This document shows, one piece after another, positions 24,301 to 37,900 of a stretch of 64,000 bases of DNA. How positions within the stretch are numbered: position 1 is the first letter of the stretch; each line of letters begins with the position of its first letter. Origin of the DNA: Tubulanus polymorphus (taxonomy: Eukaryota > Animalia > Nemertea); NCBI RefSeq assembly GCF_964204645.1, contig NC_134025.1, positions 28,004,299 through 28,068,298 of the forward strand, written 5' to 3'. The notes under the pieces are model-generated. The model ran no database searches. It had not been told where the DNA came from and saw only the letters and a list, made by a program, of their open reading frames with translations. Position numbers and translations under genes: made by a program.

Positions 24301-27300
24301 TTGGTGGGCTTTGAAAAATTTTGCTTTAAATCTAAATTTTAGTCAAATCAAGTAAGTCACTGATAACGGAAATAGTTTATTCACATAATAAGTCGAAACT
24401 AAAATCAAATTTATGAATATGGCATATTTGAAACGCAACCTAATTCGGGGCTACATCTTACTTGACGGTAAATCAAATGATGTTTCAAACTCAATCGTAT
24501 AAATCTTTTTGAATGACTCCTAATGATCAGAGATTTATGTTTACAGACAAACACCGAGTATTCCACAATCTCTTAGTAATCAGGTTCTTCAACTTCTTGA
24601 CTTTTTGATGGATTAGCTACTTTTTCTATTAATTTATCACGAATTCGCATTGAGATTTTCGCTGTCGTCGTGTGGTTATTCTCTTAAAGCCCGTATTAAT
24701 TGTTATGCGCCGTTGATTTCCGTTTCGAGAGAAATGAACTGAAGTCAGGTGAAAACTCAATGCCGCGTCTGTCTCACGCCGTTAACGTCACCAGCTATAG
24801 CATCGTCCAAAGAGACCGAGAACGTGACGAGAAGGGGTAATTTCAATTGAGTTACCCAATACGTGTCGCGTGTTAATAAAACCACAGTTTAATGAAATGA
24901 AACGGAGAAAGAAACGAAACCGCATCGAAACCTGCATACAATTGAAATAGAACGATTCACCCGTTCGTACGTACATCTGTTAGTTTGATTAAGTTGGAAC
25001 ACTGTCACTAGATTCGGTTATGTTTACGGGATGTCGGGCCAAGTCCGTTGCATATATCCAATTAACCCTGTTATTAAGGCTTGTTTTGACAGTTAGTCAC
25101 CGAGCTATGTCAGCAAAGTACCGTGATTATACGCCCAGCGTGCATTTTCTATACTCTGACGTAATAAAGTCGATGTTTGCATTTCTACGGATGATTTCTC
25201 GTTAAGTTCCACTAAGAATTTTTTCCACATTTTCGCTGATAATCAGTTTGCGATCGCAGCTCTATTCATGAGCTGCGGTATTATCACTCGGCTCAACTGT
25301 GTCACAACCAAATCTCCCTGGCGCCGTTTCGTTACACCGTGTTGACACGAGTTCTTGTTTTGTACGGCAAAAACGTCGGCTGTAAACTTCAGTAATTATC
25401 GAGTATTTGTGAGTCAATCTCTGTTGTCCAGGACAAAAAGTATAAAGGTCGCAAAAGGGCATTAATGAATCTGCCAAAATACAAAATCGTTGGAATTCAG
25501 ATAATTGGTTAATTGGATTGATACACTTATTGAACTTTTCAACCCGCCAGTGATTATCTTGACGACTACTCTTTCGCCAGTCCCACATCCTACCCATGAG
25601 ATCAGAAGAACAGATAATTTGTTAAAAGAAACTGGTATCTCTTCAAGAGCACGAAGCCGGGCATTTTTTGCTGACGTATCAAATGAGATTCGTACCTGTT
25701 CAATCGGGTTTTTATTTCATATACTGATCAGTTCTATTATGACAAGCTAAAGTAGACTTCTTCTTCGCGTCATAATTGAATCAATGCGCCAATAATACGC
25801 CAATATACCATTAGCGTCGTGGTGTATGGTGGGTGAGATGCGATTAGATGCGTATAGTCTGCTTTAGTTAGCTCTGAAAGTTTGACGATAGTCCAGTATT
25901 TCACACGTCAAATTTCCGGTACTTCTGCTACAGAGAGTAATTCTCGAGAGTCTACAGGATACAACAGCGCAAAATTGCCAGTATTGTGACAAAAAAATGC
26001 TGTCTATTTGACATTCTCACGGGGCAAATTAAACAACTAAAGTCGATCAAGAAAAAACTCCCCAAACATCCTTCACTTAGAATTTTTACCATCGACCTGT
26101 GTCCTTGGCATTGATGCGAATAAAACTGCCGAATCAAAAGAACTAGAAAATGCTTTTAAAATGAACAAATAACCTCGACTTCTGATCCAACAAAAAAAAC
26201 TTTTTGGGGAGTAAGAGGGAAATATTTTCCGTTTTTTTTTCATATTCTATGGCCATCAATAAAGTTTTTAAGTTGCTTTCCATGTATTCTTACTTTAAAG
26301 AAATAACGAGTGTCTGCCCGGTAGGTGTAATTACCAAATAGACCGTTTATACCGTTGATGAATAGTTAGTATTCTAGACGGTTTTAGATCAATCCCTTTG
26401 AGAGTCTGTCGAGACAGGTTCAACCAGACAACAATATTTCATTCGCTTTCCAAATTTAGAGAACAACGGAGACTAACCATTTCTTCTGATAAGGCGAATC
26501 TATTGAAAAAGCTTTTCGACAATATCTTTTGATACTTTAATTCAATTCACATTTTGTTTCACAAGTTAACCGCTATTCCTTGAGATTTATGAGATGTCGA
26601 AATGTGTATATTCATATCATAAAAGCAATTACTCGATGAAATGGTTAACACCCTTGATTGTATTTCACGTCGAAGTCACGTAATTCACGTAGAAAATCCG
26701 CCAAACCCTTTCGTCAAAGGTCGAATACTTTTGGTAGCGGGCGGGCCCACTGTGAACAAGGTGATCGCTGAATCGTGGGCGTACAGATAGAACAAAATGC
26801 CTTTGATCACTTTTTCGATTTAAGAATAGAACAGTCGAATATTCGGAGAACGAGTAATATCTGTTATCACGCCGCAGATAAATTGGCAACATACGTTGAA
26901 GATTGAATTATAGGAGATCGATTACATCATTCGGAATTGCATCAAATGAATTCGCTCTGAAAATGCACTAAATTTATGTTGATTCTAGACACGCGATTTG
27001 GTAATAATGGGCTATTTTATGATAATTGATGCACTTCGAGTCATTTCCCGTGTATAGTATAGACTGGTTTAATGGATTCACCTTTCACTCTTCATGTTCT
27101 AATTGGTCGCCCGGGTGACTATCTCCTCGTCTTTCTCTTACCCTCGGTTTAACCGATGGATGATTGCTGATTGACAAAAGTTGCAATGCAAACTTCACGC
27201 TTGTCAAAATAATTATGTCGGGAATGATATTGGAAATGTCACTAAGTGACCTGGAATGATATAGACTTATTCGTCGTCGTTATTCCGATCATAATCGATT

Positions 27301-28705
27301 TGCATCAACGTAGAAATAAAAATCCTCTATCCTCTAAAATGTACACCAATTTCAACAAAAAGCGGAAAAAACAAATCATATATGTCAATCATTATTTAGA
27401 ATGAAAACATCTACTTGTTCGCTTTTTGTGTCTTAAAGAAACTCTGATCATAGGTCTACCGTATTTGTCGGAAGTTGTTGCATCATGATCGCAGATCAGA
27501 CTCGTAAACCATGGGTGTGTTTTTAAACGGCGCATCTAGGCTATTCATTTTATATCTTTTGGAAATTGGTTGATGTATGAAAATGCATTTTTGTAATAAT
27601 AGGCATACGTAATTATTATCTTGTCGATTATTCTATTAGTCTTTCGTGTTCTAGTGTCACTTATTCTCATTTCATGTTCGTATATAGTTGACAGCAGTAT
27701 CATATAACGCCCCATTAGTGTACATAGTCATCGTTTTACCAATTCAGCGGAACTTAAACTCGGAATGAATTGACAGAAAAGACAAATTTAATGGGACTTT
27801 TTTATGAAATCGAGTAAAAATCGAGGGATTAGTTCGTGTATCGGTTGATAGATTTGACAGTTTCCGGGCGTATAATCCTCTAACGTTGTTCGAACAACTT
27901 CAAGTTAAAGCAGTGAGTATATCTATATATAAGACTTCGTTTTTTAATTTGGAACGCATAGCACTCATATTACATTTCTAACCGCTTTCCGCAAATCACA
28001 GTAAACCCGACGCCCTGTAATCATTGAAATTACTGTAATTATCTGTGCAATTAACGTTTTTTCATCATTATTATAATAACAATTTCCTATAACGTGCAAA
28101 AACACAGGAATCCATCTGTCATTTCCTGGGAAACGTATTTCTGAAAGAGATATCTTATTTCAAGTGTTGAATTTCAGGAATACTGGTCCCGAATGCTGAT
28201 TGTTTATGCCAGAAAAAAAAACGACCAAACGCATCGTTGAAATTAATCGACAAACGATCCGCATTGCAATTCGATATCTGTTTAAAACATAAATGAAACA
28301 GCTGAAAAAAAGCATATTTTTCAACTATTTAACTATTTCATTCGAAACAAATTTTTGTAACTACCATCACAGTAGAACTAAAATCTAGTGTGATACTGTC
28401 ACTGTCGGTACTTTTAATTCAAATTCGTATAGTAGATTTTTTTCCTTGACTAAGCGACAAGCTGCCACAGTACTGACAATAATTGTGTCCATCAAAAGGT
28501 GATTAAACGTGTTATTTCGCGTGTATAAAGCGACATCAAAGATGTAGTACATTACAATCGTATACACTGCTTTAAAGATCAACATTTCGTGTTGCAGGAT
28601 AATTTCTGGTATTAGCGGCGACCTTGTCTGGGACGCGTAAAAAGTTCGACGTATTGGTTACATCCGTTTCAATTTGATACGGAGTTCTTTAATCAGCGAC
28701 CGACT

Positions 28706-28868
28706 ATGAATTAGCGAGAGGACACGTGCGTCGATGTCATAGCTGTGGGGAATCAAAAACCTATCTCATCAGATAACTCTCCGTTACCTGTGAAGTGTGA
28801 GCGGTCCATGAAATCGACAGCCATCAAATAAATTCTCGATTTTAATGAGGCACAACACGCGAACGTGA
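28706..28868 (+). promoter_or_regulatory. Four short uORFs in the GPCR 5'UTR
   Basis: ATG-AAT-TAG (28706-28714), ATG-TCA-TAG (28734-28742), MKSTAIK* (28808-28831), MRHNTRT* (28845-28868), all downstream of a plausible acceptor TTGCAG at 28598. Confidence 0.5.
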
Positions 28869-28927
28869 AAATAGCGAAACGATTTTCGTGATAAATAAGT
28901 GATAAGATCAGATCAGAAAACGCTACG

Positions 28928-31900
28928 ATGACGACAATAGTTGAGGGTGTAGACACAACGACAATGATACCTACAGGGACAGATTCCAACTTGAATTATG
29001 GGATTACAGAAATATTTAATTCTACTCTATCAGGCAACGACAGTTTGAATGACAGCAATGCAACAAAACGACCCGGAGTAGAATTTTATCAGGTAAAGTA
29101 ATGTTAATTTTAATTCAACAATTTCATTCAAATGAGTTTATATATGTTTATTTAGTTTGAAATTCAGATGTTCGAGCCAGACACGTTTTAGAATTAAGCC
29201 CTACGATTCATCATTTTTCTGATTTTAAAGTTGATAACGTTGGGCATTTATTAGTCTACTTTCGCTATCGCTTTTTCCACGGATCGAATTTCCTGTAAAG
29301 TGAAGCCTCTTTCTATTCTGATCGTTCGTCGTTCTAAAGAACATGTTTATTAGAATCGGCTTGTAGATAGCTGTAACGTGAAAATAAGATTTGTCGACTG
29401 CGAAGTAGCTCGTTTTATCTCGCAAATTTGGTTATTTGCGTGAAAAGTGAGAGCTGGTAAACCGAGTTAGCGCCACGCACGTTTTATCCCATGCCATGCG
29501 ATCCTCTCAATGCAAGTGTCGCCTAGCAGCCGACACGGAAACGTATTAACACCATATTTCATCAACGATAGGACAATTGTTATTCTACCCTCCTAAGACG
29601 ATTTATATTTAATAACGGTTAGAATTTCGCATGCGTAAGACGAAGAACGCTTCCATTTCGCACGCCCGGCCAAACACTTTTTATGCCATGAATATTTATG
29701 TGTTCGGTCGAAAAATCTCTGATCTCATATGTCAAAAAATATGATACTACATTTTGACGGTAGATTCGACGGAAAAAATAGATTAGCCTTGAGTAAAGCG
29801 ATATAAGACGAACTGTAATTATCGATTTACCATTAAAAACCTATTTATCCTGATCATAAATCCAATATCTCATTTATGTATCCATCATGGTCCAACTGAC
29901 CGATCAACTGACCTGCGGGCAATTTCAGATTATACTTATACGTCACACGAACTGTCCATCAGAAAGTGTATACAAAATTACATTCGCCAAACAGAAATCA
30001 TCGATTGAATATGAAATTTGAATAATACTGGGGGTAATCTTTGATTGAAATTTTAAGAAAATCCATTCGCTGATAAGGCACCATTACTGTGCAAACGACG
30101 CGTGCTACGAGCATTCTATCTGAACTCCTTGAAGATACATTACCTACATTAACCAATGACAGATAAAATAAAACATTTTGTCAGATCCATCTTCTTAGCC
30201 GGAAAACAACAGTAGGATTCAGGCCTACGAATAAATCAAAATTGTCACACGGGTTCGCTTTGATGTAGAGAGCGCTACTGAAAACCTACCAAAAGCTTAG
30301 TCGTAATGTGCGCATTCTCCAGCGATTAGTGGTGCATTTTGTGCGTTTTTCATGTTTATCAAACGGCAGTATAGGGTTTCCTCCAGTCTGTACACGCAGG
30401 GTATGTTTTCATAATGAGCTGGCACTGAAGGCCAGAAGAAAAATATATAGAATTTCAGAAAACTTATTTTCTCAAGAACATTCCCTGTAATACAAAATGG
30501 TCTTCGTTTTTATGAGAACGGTGTCGCGTCATAACTCTTATTATATCATTGAATGTCCCGAACTCTTCGTAAAAATGATGTTATAAGCGACGGTTCTGTG
30601 TTTCTCTGCGAGGTTTCTTACCAATAAAACCACACCACGTAATAACGCGTCATGCTATCATTGTTTTCTATTTCAGACAGCTCAGGTGACGTTCCTATTC
30701 ATTCTGTTTATACTGATTGTAATCGGTAATAGCACTGTGTTGATTGCCCTCAGTGCTCAGAAATCAACTCGCAGATCAAGAATGAATATCTTCATCATGA
30801 ACCTTGCTTTGGCCGGTAAGTATATATATATATATATGTATATATATGTTCTTCCCTCTCACAACTGATTCGCCAATTGTTAAGGAGTAGCGGAGAAACC
30901 CAATGGCAATGTTCAGGTTCCAGTCAGCTCTTCCGAGATACAGATTTGTTACTATTGCTTAGTAAAATGGGCCCGATGCTTGACCCTTGGCCAAAAACTC
31001 AACACGATAGAATTGTGCAAATCAGACTTACAATCGGTCCATATCGATGTTTTATCAATTCGCAGACTAGATTTTTCATCGACGCCATGTTTTAGTAAAA
31101 CAGCTCGCATGTATTCCATCGAGTTGGGATAAATACTCTTCCAGACATTCGAGTGCGCCTTAGTCGGATTCACTTATACGGATAAAGCATATGCCATTTT
31201 CCCTGTTTGTAAACCGAACAAGTGGGTGGATTATTTGAACGAATATCTCTCCTTCAATTTATCCGGGGTAACTCCGTCTTCTGGGTCGATAACTTAACTA
31301 TTGTTTCCTCGGACATGACCAGTTGCTTGAATCTAGTAAATACAGATCTTTTGCATATTAAATAATGAAGAATGTCCACGTCCATTTGCCCCGTCTTTCA
31401 TCATACTGATCAAGTTAAACCACGATGTCCAATGACACTCTATGAACTTGTTCCAACACTTTGACAACTTCATCGGCTGTATGTCTGCTTGGATTACTGG
31501 ATTATTTTCCTGGACATTATCGGACAGTTTGGATTTCGGGTTTTTGCTCAAATTACCATACGTGTCAGAATGTCTATCAATTTTCAATGATTATCTACGC
31601 AAACTCTCTAGACTCTAGACAGGCCGTTTCGTTCGTTTCAAACCGATAGCTTCGTCAGTTCTCGCGAGAAGCTTTTACAGGATAAGAGGAGACCGACTAG
31701 AAAAATACGGACGCAGCAGCGACAAGCGAGAATTGGCTTTACAGTTCAGAAAAGTAATGCGTGTCATCACAAATTCGTACAACGTCGGTGTCAGGCAAAC
31801 CATTAGTAATTGCATGAATTGTATTCAATTTTCAAAACCAATTAATCTGTCCTCCATAGAAAATGTATCCAATGTTATTGATAAGAACCGGTTTAAGGAA

Positions 31901-34900
31901 CAGTCAACGTCGCTTTGTATCCGTATGAATTCATTACGTATTTGTACTAGTTTATACGAGTGTTAATCCGTATCTCTTGATAAGGTATCGTGTCGCAAAA
32001 TGGTACAGATATCAATCCCTGGACTAAATGCTAAATTACGCCACCACAAGAGTGAAAACCCAAGCAGGCTCTCGAGGCTAGTCGCCTCTTCGTTATCGCT
32101 GGTCCGGTTGGAGTCTCCATTCTTCGTTATCAAGCACCGTTCACAAAATCGTATATCTATTTCACTGGGCTGAGATCAGATAGATTTTGTTACGTATCAC
32201 CTCTAATTGAATGTAAGCGATATTTATTATGCTTCTAGTATGTACGTCGCCGATTGCAAACTAGAACCGGAATAAACTCGATTCTCAGAAAATCACCTGG
32301 CCTTCTTGCGTGGTTTGTTATATGAATGGTAGATCTGGTGATAATGAACCCACGCATAAACACGTTAATCAAAATAGGAGACCTTTAATAGAAGTTCCTT
32401 TGAAATAATGCGAAATTTAAGAAATTGAATTTTCCTTTTCATCCTATCTTATTGAAGCAAAAGAAAATGCACAGAATACGGTTAAGACAGGATTTCCCTT
32501 CAGATATAATCATTACTATTCGTTTTATCCCTTAAATGAATTTTCAAATTAAAAACGATTTTTTCTTTTCGTTAAATCTAATGAGGTGCAAAAATCATAT
32601 TTGCAGTAAATTCATCATCTTCAATTGAAACTCCCTGCCATAAATTAATGAAGAATGGCATCTTTAATTCATTGAAATCCGTTAATCCGATTCAGATCCA
32701 TAAGCGATTGTGAAGTTGGTCTGATCTTTGTCGCATACTGTAGTTACGTGTTGAATCGAGTCATCTTTGTTATGAATTACCCCCATAATTGATGCGCCAC
32801 AAACGTTCATGTTACGACACTGATCTTCTCGAATGATGGACGCTTGAAAAATTACATTCATAATACAAAAGACGGAATATAACGCTGACATTCATTAGAC
32901 TACTTTGTCAATTGCGAGACAAATCGTAATCATCGGATGCAATGAAATTGAATTAAAACCCCTTAATTTTCCTCATGTTGTCACAGGATTGATTGATGTT
33001 TAGTTTATCTCGAGGTTACTGCGTCTTCTTAATCATTATAAATGACTTTTCTATTCCATCGCTATAGTTGCTTATTTACACAATCAACTTTTTGAAGTGA
33101 ACCGAATTTTAAACTATATTAGACTTATCAAGGGCTAAGTCTTCCTGATAATCCCTTTCTGTCCGTCTCTACAAGCCATGCTCCGTTGGAAGAGTGGCTT
33201 TTTTTGCTTTCGTCTTTGCGCAAACTGCTCGATCATCGTTGTAAGGTTTCCTTATCGTTGTAGTAGCTCGCTGGACATCAACGGTGATGACCACGACAAT
33301 CGACTTAGATTAAGTACACCGCCATTTTTACTTATCATCCTTCTGTATTTTCAGATATGGCTAATGGATTCTTCAACGTATTACCCGATGCAATATGGAG
33401 GATTACGGTTATTTGGTACGCGGGATCGGTTGGATGCAAGATATTCAAATATCTCCAGGTAAATTACATACACTAGACTACACAACGCGTTGCGATATAA
33501 TATTCGGGTTATGTCAACATTTGCCTACTGATCCTCTTTACTATCGAGAGATAGTTTCGTTATGTAATTCTGTAAATGAAGATTCAGAAGCAACATGCAG
33601 CAGGCGAATGTACATATATACAAAAGCTTGGGAGTTTCTTCAGAAAAATATTTCTCGTGAGTTGTTCAAGCAAATGTGAGAACTAGAGTCTTTTCATGTC
33701 GCCGGAAGATTTTTCGCATCACAAATGCAAAAACGCACAAGTAAAGTAATGAGAGAAAAACAAGGAGAATTTGTCGATTCGTAAATAAAAGTGATCAATC
33801 ATTTTTTTGAGAAAGAGCACTTTTTTCACCTGTAGTTTCATCTCTCACATTGCTCTCGTCTCTGTGTTTTTAAGTGTGAATTTTGGGATATTTAATTAAA
33901 AGTATTTTTCTCAGAAAACTGTATAATTCATAGCCTAAAAATGATAGTTTCGTATATAAACTCGTCGAACGAACTCGCTCTCCAGACAATGCTTCGCTTC
34001 AAGCTCGAATCGACCATTGTGATTCATCGCGACTCGGCATAACCAAAAATTGATGTTGGTCACATCTGGACCAAAACTACAAATTGCCAATAACCACAAT
34101 ATAATAAGATTCACCGAAGGTTGCAAGTCATACACAGGTCCTGTTCAATCATATTATCATCGTTTGAATGCTCGGTCATGTACAGCCTTTACTTACTAAT
34201 GATTGAGCCTGCTCGCTATAAAAAGAACAGTAACGACGGGCAAATGTGGTATGTTACCCACCTAATAAAACCAATCAAAGTCGACATTTTCCACACATTC
34301 CATGACATTCATTACCATCGAAAACTTGGGAATCATATATTATTCATCCTATACTGTTATATGTCGAATGTTATTCGTAACAACAAGAAAAGACTCGGGA
34401 ACTTATTTGGAAGCTTGACATGATGTCTGAAAGTCGGTGATGGACGGAATTTCGTAGCGTTCAGAAGAAAAATGGAAGTAAATATTGGATAAAGTAAAAT
34501 GTGATCACTCACCACCCCGTCAACAGTCAGTCAATGTGCACGGATTATAGATGAGATTAATGTGTATTTACACTTGGAATCAGACTCAAGATGCTTCAAC
34601 TTCTTGTACTCGTGTTTCCGCGTAATCATCAGAAGAATGACCGTGCATTATAAAAGTATGTTTAACTTGAAAAGTACTCAAAACTCTTCATATTTTGCGC
34701 ATCCGGTAACAACCCACACGCGAACAAGTGTATGTCGGTGTTTACATCTATCTTGAGGTCACTCTACGCTGTTTTCACGACAAGCCGCTTAGACAAATAA
34801 ACGCCAATTCTTTCAAACACGGTTTTGCCGTCGTCGGATGCTTTTAATACGACGACGAAGGTCCTTGTCTAAAAGGGCCGAGATCAATAATGCCACAGGC

Positions 34901-37900
34901 AGGAGCAGTAATACGAGTAAAGAAAATCTGAAATCATTTCTTAACGAATCATGATGTGAAAAAAGGTTCTTGAATGACATAAAAATCTGAAAGTGATAGA
35001 TCAATGATCATAAATGTGTGTTTAATATGCGTATGCACCCAATAAACTACGATTCTCATTTCTCATCGATAATAGATTAGAATTTAGTCGAGATTACCTA
35101 AAGGAAATTAGCAAATACACACAGCGTTCATTGCAGCTAGTCTCCCTATTGCCATAAACCGTGACGAGTGAGGACAAAAGTGACGGAAGCAGGCCTGTTT
35201 TACGAGCCACTTTGACACCAAGTGGCTCATTCTACAAGTATCTAGAATGCATAAATTTCTCATGAACTATCTCGGGATTCCGGAATTTATCCCCGGGTGG
35301 ACAAGTAAAATACTTCCCCAGCGTCAGACACTATTCCCATAAAATCATCTGCACTATCACACAAGTACTGACTTCTGACATGTTAATGGCATGTGCGTGA
35401 TCGGTAACTTAGCCTAGTATAAATGACCCCTGCCCGGGGGTAACTAATTGTTAGCGCGAGACCAAGGCGATGGTGAATTTTTCTTGCGTGTGTCGCATCG
35501 GAACAATTTCTGACGACTTGATACAGTTCGCTCCTCGCGACAAGACTAATGCGTATCGGAACTCGGCCAAACATGGCGAACTAGTCATGCAACAAGACAT
35601 GGGACATTGATAGTCTGTAATGTCTGTTTACATTACCACTTGATGATTATCACCCTACACAACACGAAGTAATGGTACTTAATTTTAATAAGATAGTTTT
35701 TTGCATGTTGCCACTTCTAGTTTATCTGGATTTTTCGAGTTTTCGGTGAACCTGGAACCACAGAGATATTCGGTGGATGTCTTTTTGTATGACTTCGTCC
35801 CCAGCTAGCTGATTGGCCTGTTCATCAAAAAGCCATTTCTCGACAATCTGGCGGAAACTAGATAATAAAATTGTTAATCTTTCAATGTCATGATTTGCTA
35901 GAATCGATAGTCCATCATATCAACTACGCTTAAAAATCGCCTTTAAAAATAGACGACTTCATTACTTTTCTCGAATTGAAAATATCGATACAGAAACGAT
36001 TCATTAACATCAGGTCATAAAAACACATCACTTAATCAGTGACTCTTTATAAGCATATTATCACATTCATATTTTGACAGGAGAAAGAATATCAATTTAA
36101 CCGTTCAATAAGAGCCGTGAATATTCTTACCGGCGGCAAGATCACAGTTCTAACGAATGACTTTCGTATTCTGGATAGCGTTTGTTTAACGATCGCTTGT
36201 CTTATCTCGTCAGCTCTCCGATACCTTCGTTAACACTAGCCAGCGGCCATTATATTTCGTGCAATCGTCTATCAATGAAGAAAAACTGAGCAAATGAATT
36301 CTTATGAGAAGTTTGTTATCATTTCATCTATCAAAAATGAACATGTATTTTCCGTAAAAGCTGGACATTTTCATGTTATTTTACAAAGAAACTATGAACC
36401 ATTGTATACAGCTTCAGAAAATCGTTTATTGTCTTAGATATCTCAAAGCAACGCGATTAATTCGTCTTCCCTGGTGAAATCTTTTTAATTTTACGGTAAA
36501 TAAATTATATCTTGTATCTGTTTTAGTTCGTAGTGACGTATGCATCTACTTACGCTTTGGTGGCCTTGAGTTTGGATCGGTTAGACGCGATTGCAAGGCC
36601 TCTCAGCTTTTCCGGATATTGTAAGTTTCATCGAATAAAAAATATTTTGTGGATTTTTCACAGTTCATTGAGCTCAACGTAACTTGATTATCTGTTTGAA
36701 TTCCAATCCCTACTAGGCCCATATAAGTGACGAAAAAAAATGATTTTTAGATGAATTACGTTTTACAAATAATGCATTACAGGGCTACGAGCGAAGATAC
36801 TGATTGGATTATGCTGGGGCTGCTCATTCCTCTTCTCAATCCCGGGTCTGATATTTTACAATGACGTGCAATTACCGGATGGTACTCCCAGTTGTTGGAT
36901 GTTGCTGGCTTTACCGGTCCATTGGAAGGTAATTTCTCTCAATTCAAGCCTCAAAACCAGAATCGATGAAACCTGATTATTTTCGACAAGTTTTTAGTCG
37001 ACTGAGCCGGAAATTAATCTAATTAAGATTGTTTCTTTGTAATACCGGGAAATGATTTATAAGAATCAATTAGCAATGATCGGTTTCATACTCAAACTGC
37101 TTCGATCTATGAAATGTGTGTGTACTTGCCGTTGTTAGTTACACATGAGTGAAGGTGTCCGATACTGTCATCGTTTTTATGAAGCTATTTCTCACAGCTA
37201 GCCGACTACAATTAATCCTAGGACAGGATAAGCCAGGCGCGGGTTTATTTCCTGAGGAGGAAAATGAGAACTGTTTTAACCGTTAAGCAACAGGACGCCT
37301 ATGAATAGCTATTGACTTTCTGTGGAGAGTATCGAGGCACTGTCTCGTTAGTTAAAAAAAACTGCATGATTGAATGTATACCTTTCTGGATATTCAGAGA
37401 ATGTCAAACTACCAGCGACCGAAGTGCCATTATATGCTTGCTTTCGGTTTCATCGAGTATCTTTGGTGGCTCGATGTCGTATGCCGGAAACGTCTTTGTT
37501 TATTTCCCCTGATATCGAATTGACCGAACTGTTTTCTTATACAGTTTTTTCAACGCTTTCTATACACACAAGATGAATCGAATAATCTGTAGATCGGACC
37601 TATATCAAACAGGCTAAGATTATAAGATTTAGATTCAGATTTATCGTTCTAGCAAAAATGATGATATTTTGCTCAGCCTCGAAGAAGATAAAATACATTA
37701 CATGATATAGCAAGGTCGCGTTTTACAAAAACTAATACAATATTCTAATAATTGATATCATAGACACTAAACCCTAGAAAAACGATTTTTAAATGCGTTG
37801 CTGATATTTCACAGATTTATATTATGCTGATTGGTGTTGGAATATTCATTATCCCGACGGGCATCATAACGATGTGTTATACTATAATCATCTTCATCGT

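Noticed and set aside
24282-24401. 14-bp direct repeat ATAAGTCGAAACTA
   Set aside because: Only two copies, AT-rich, no array or element structure.
12668-28585. Numerous 60-110 aa ORFs in the non-coding stretch
   Set aside because: No recognisable motifs, composition typical of random AT-rich sequence, no phase-consistent exon chain.
35204-35248. 9-bp hairpin followed by CTAG, resembling a Helitron 3' end
   Set aside because: CTAG is followed by A rather than the expected T, and no 5' end or second copy is visible.
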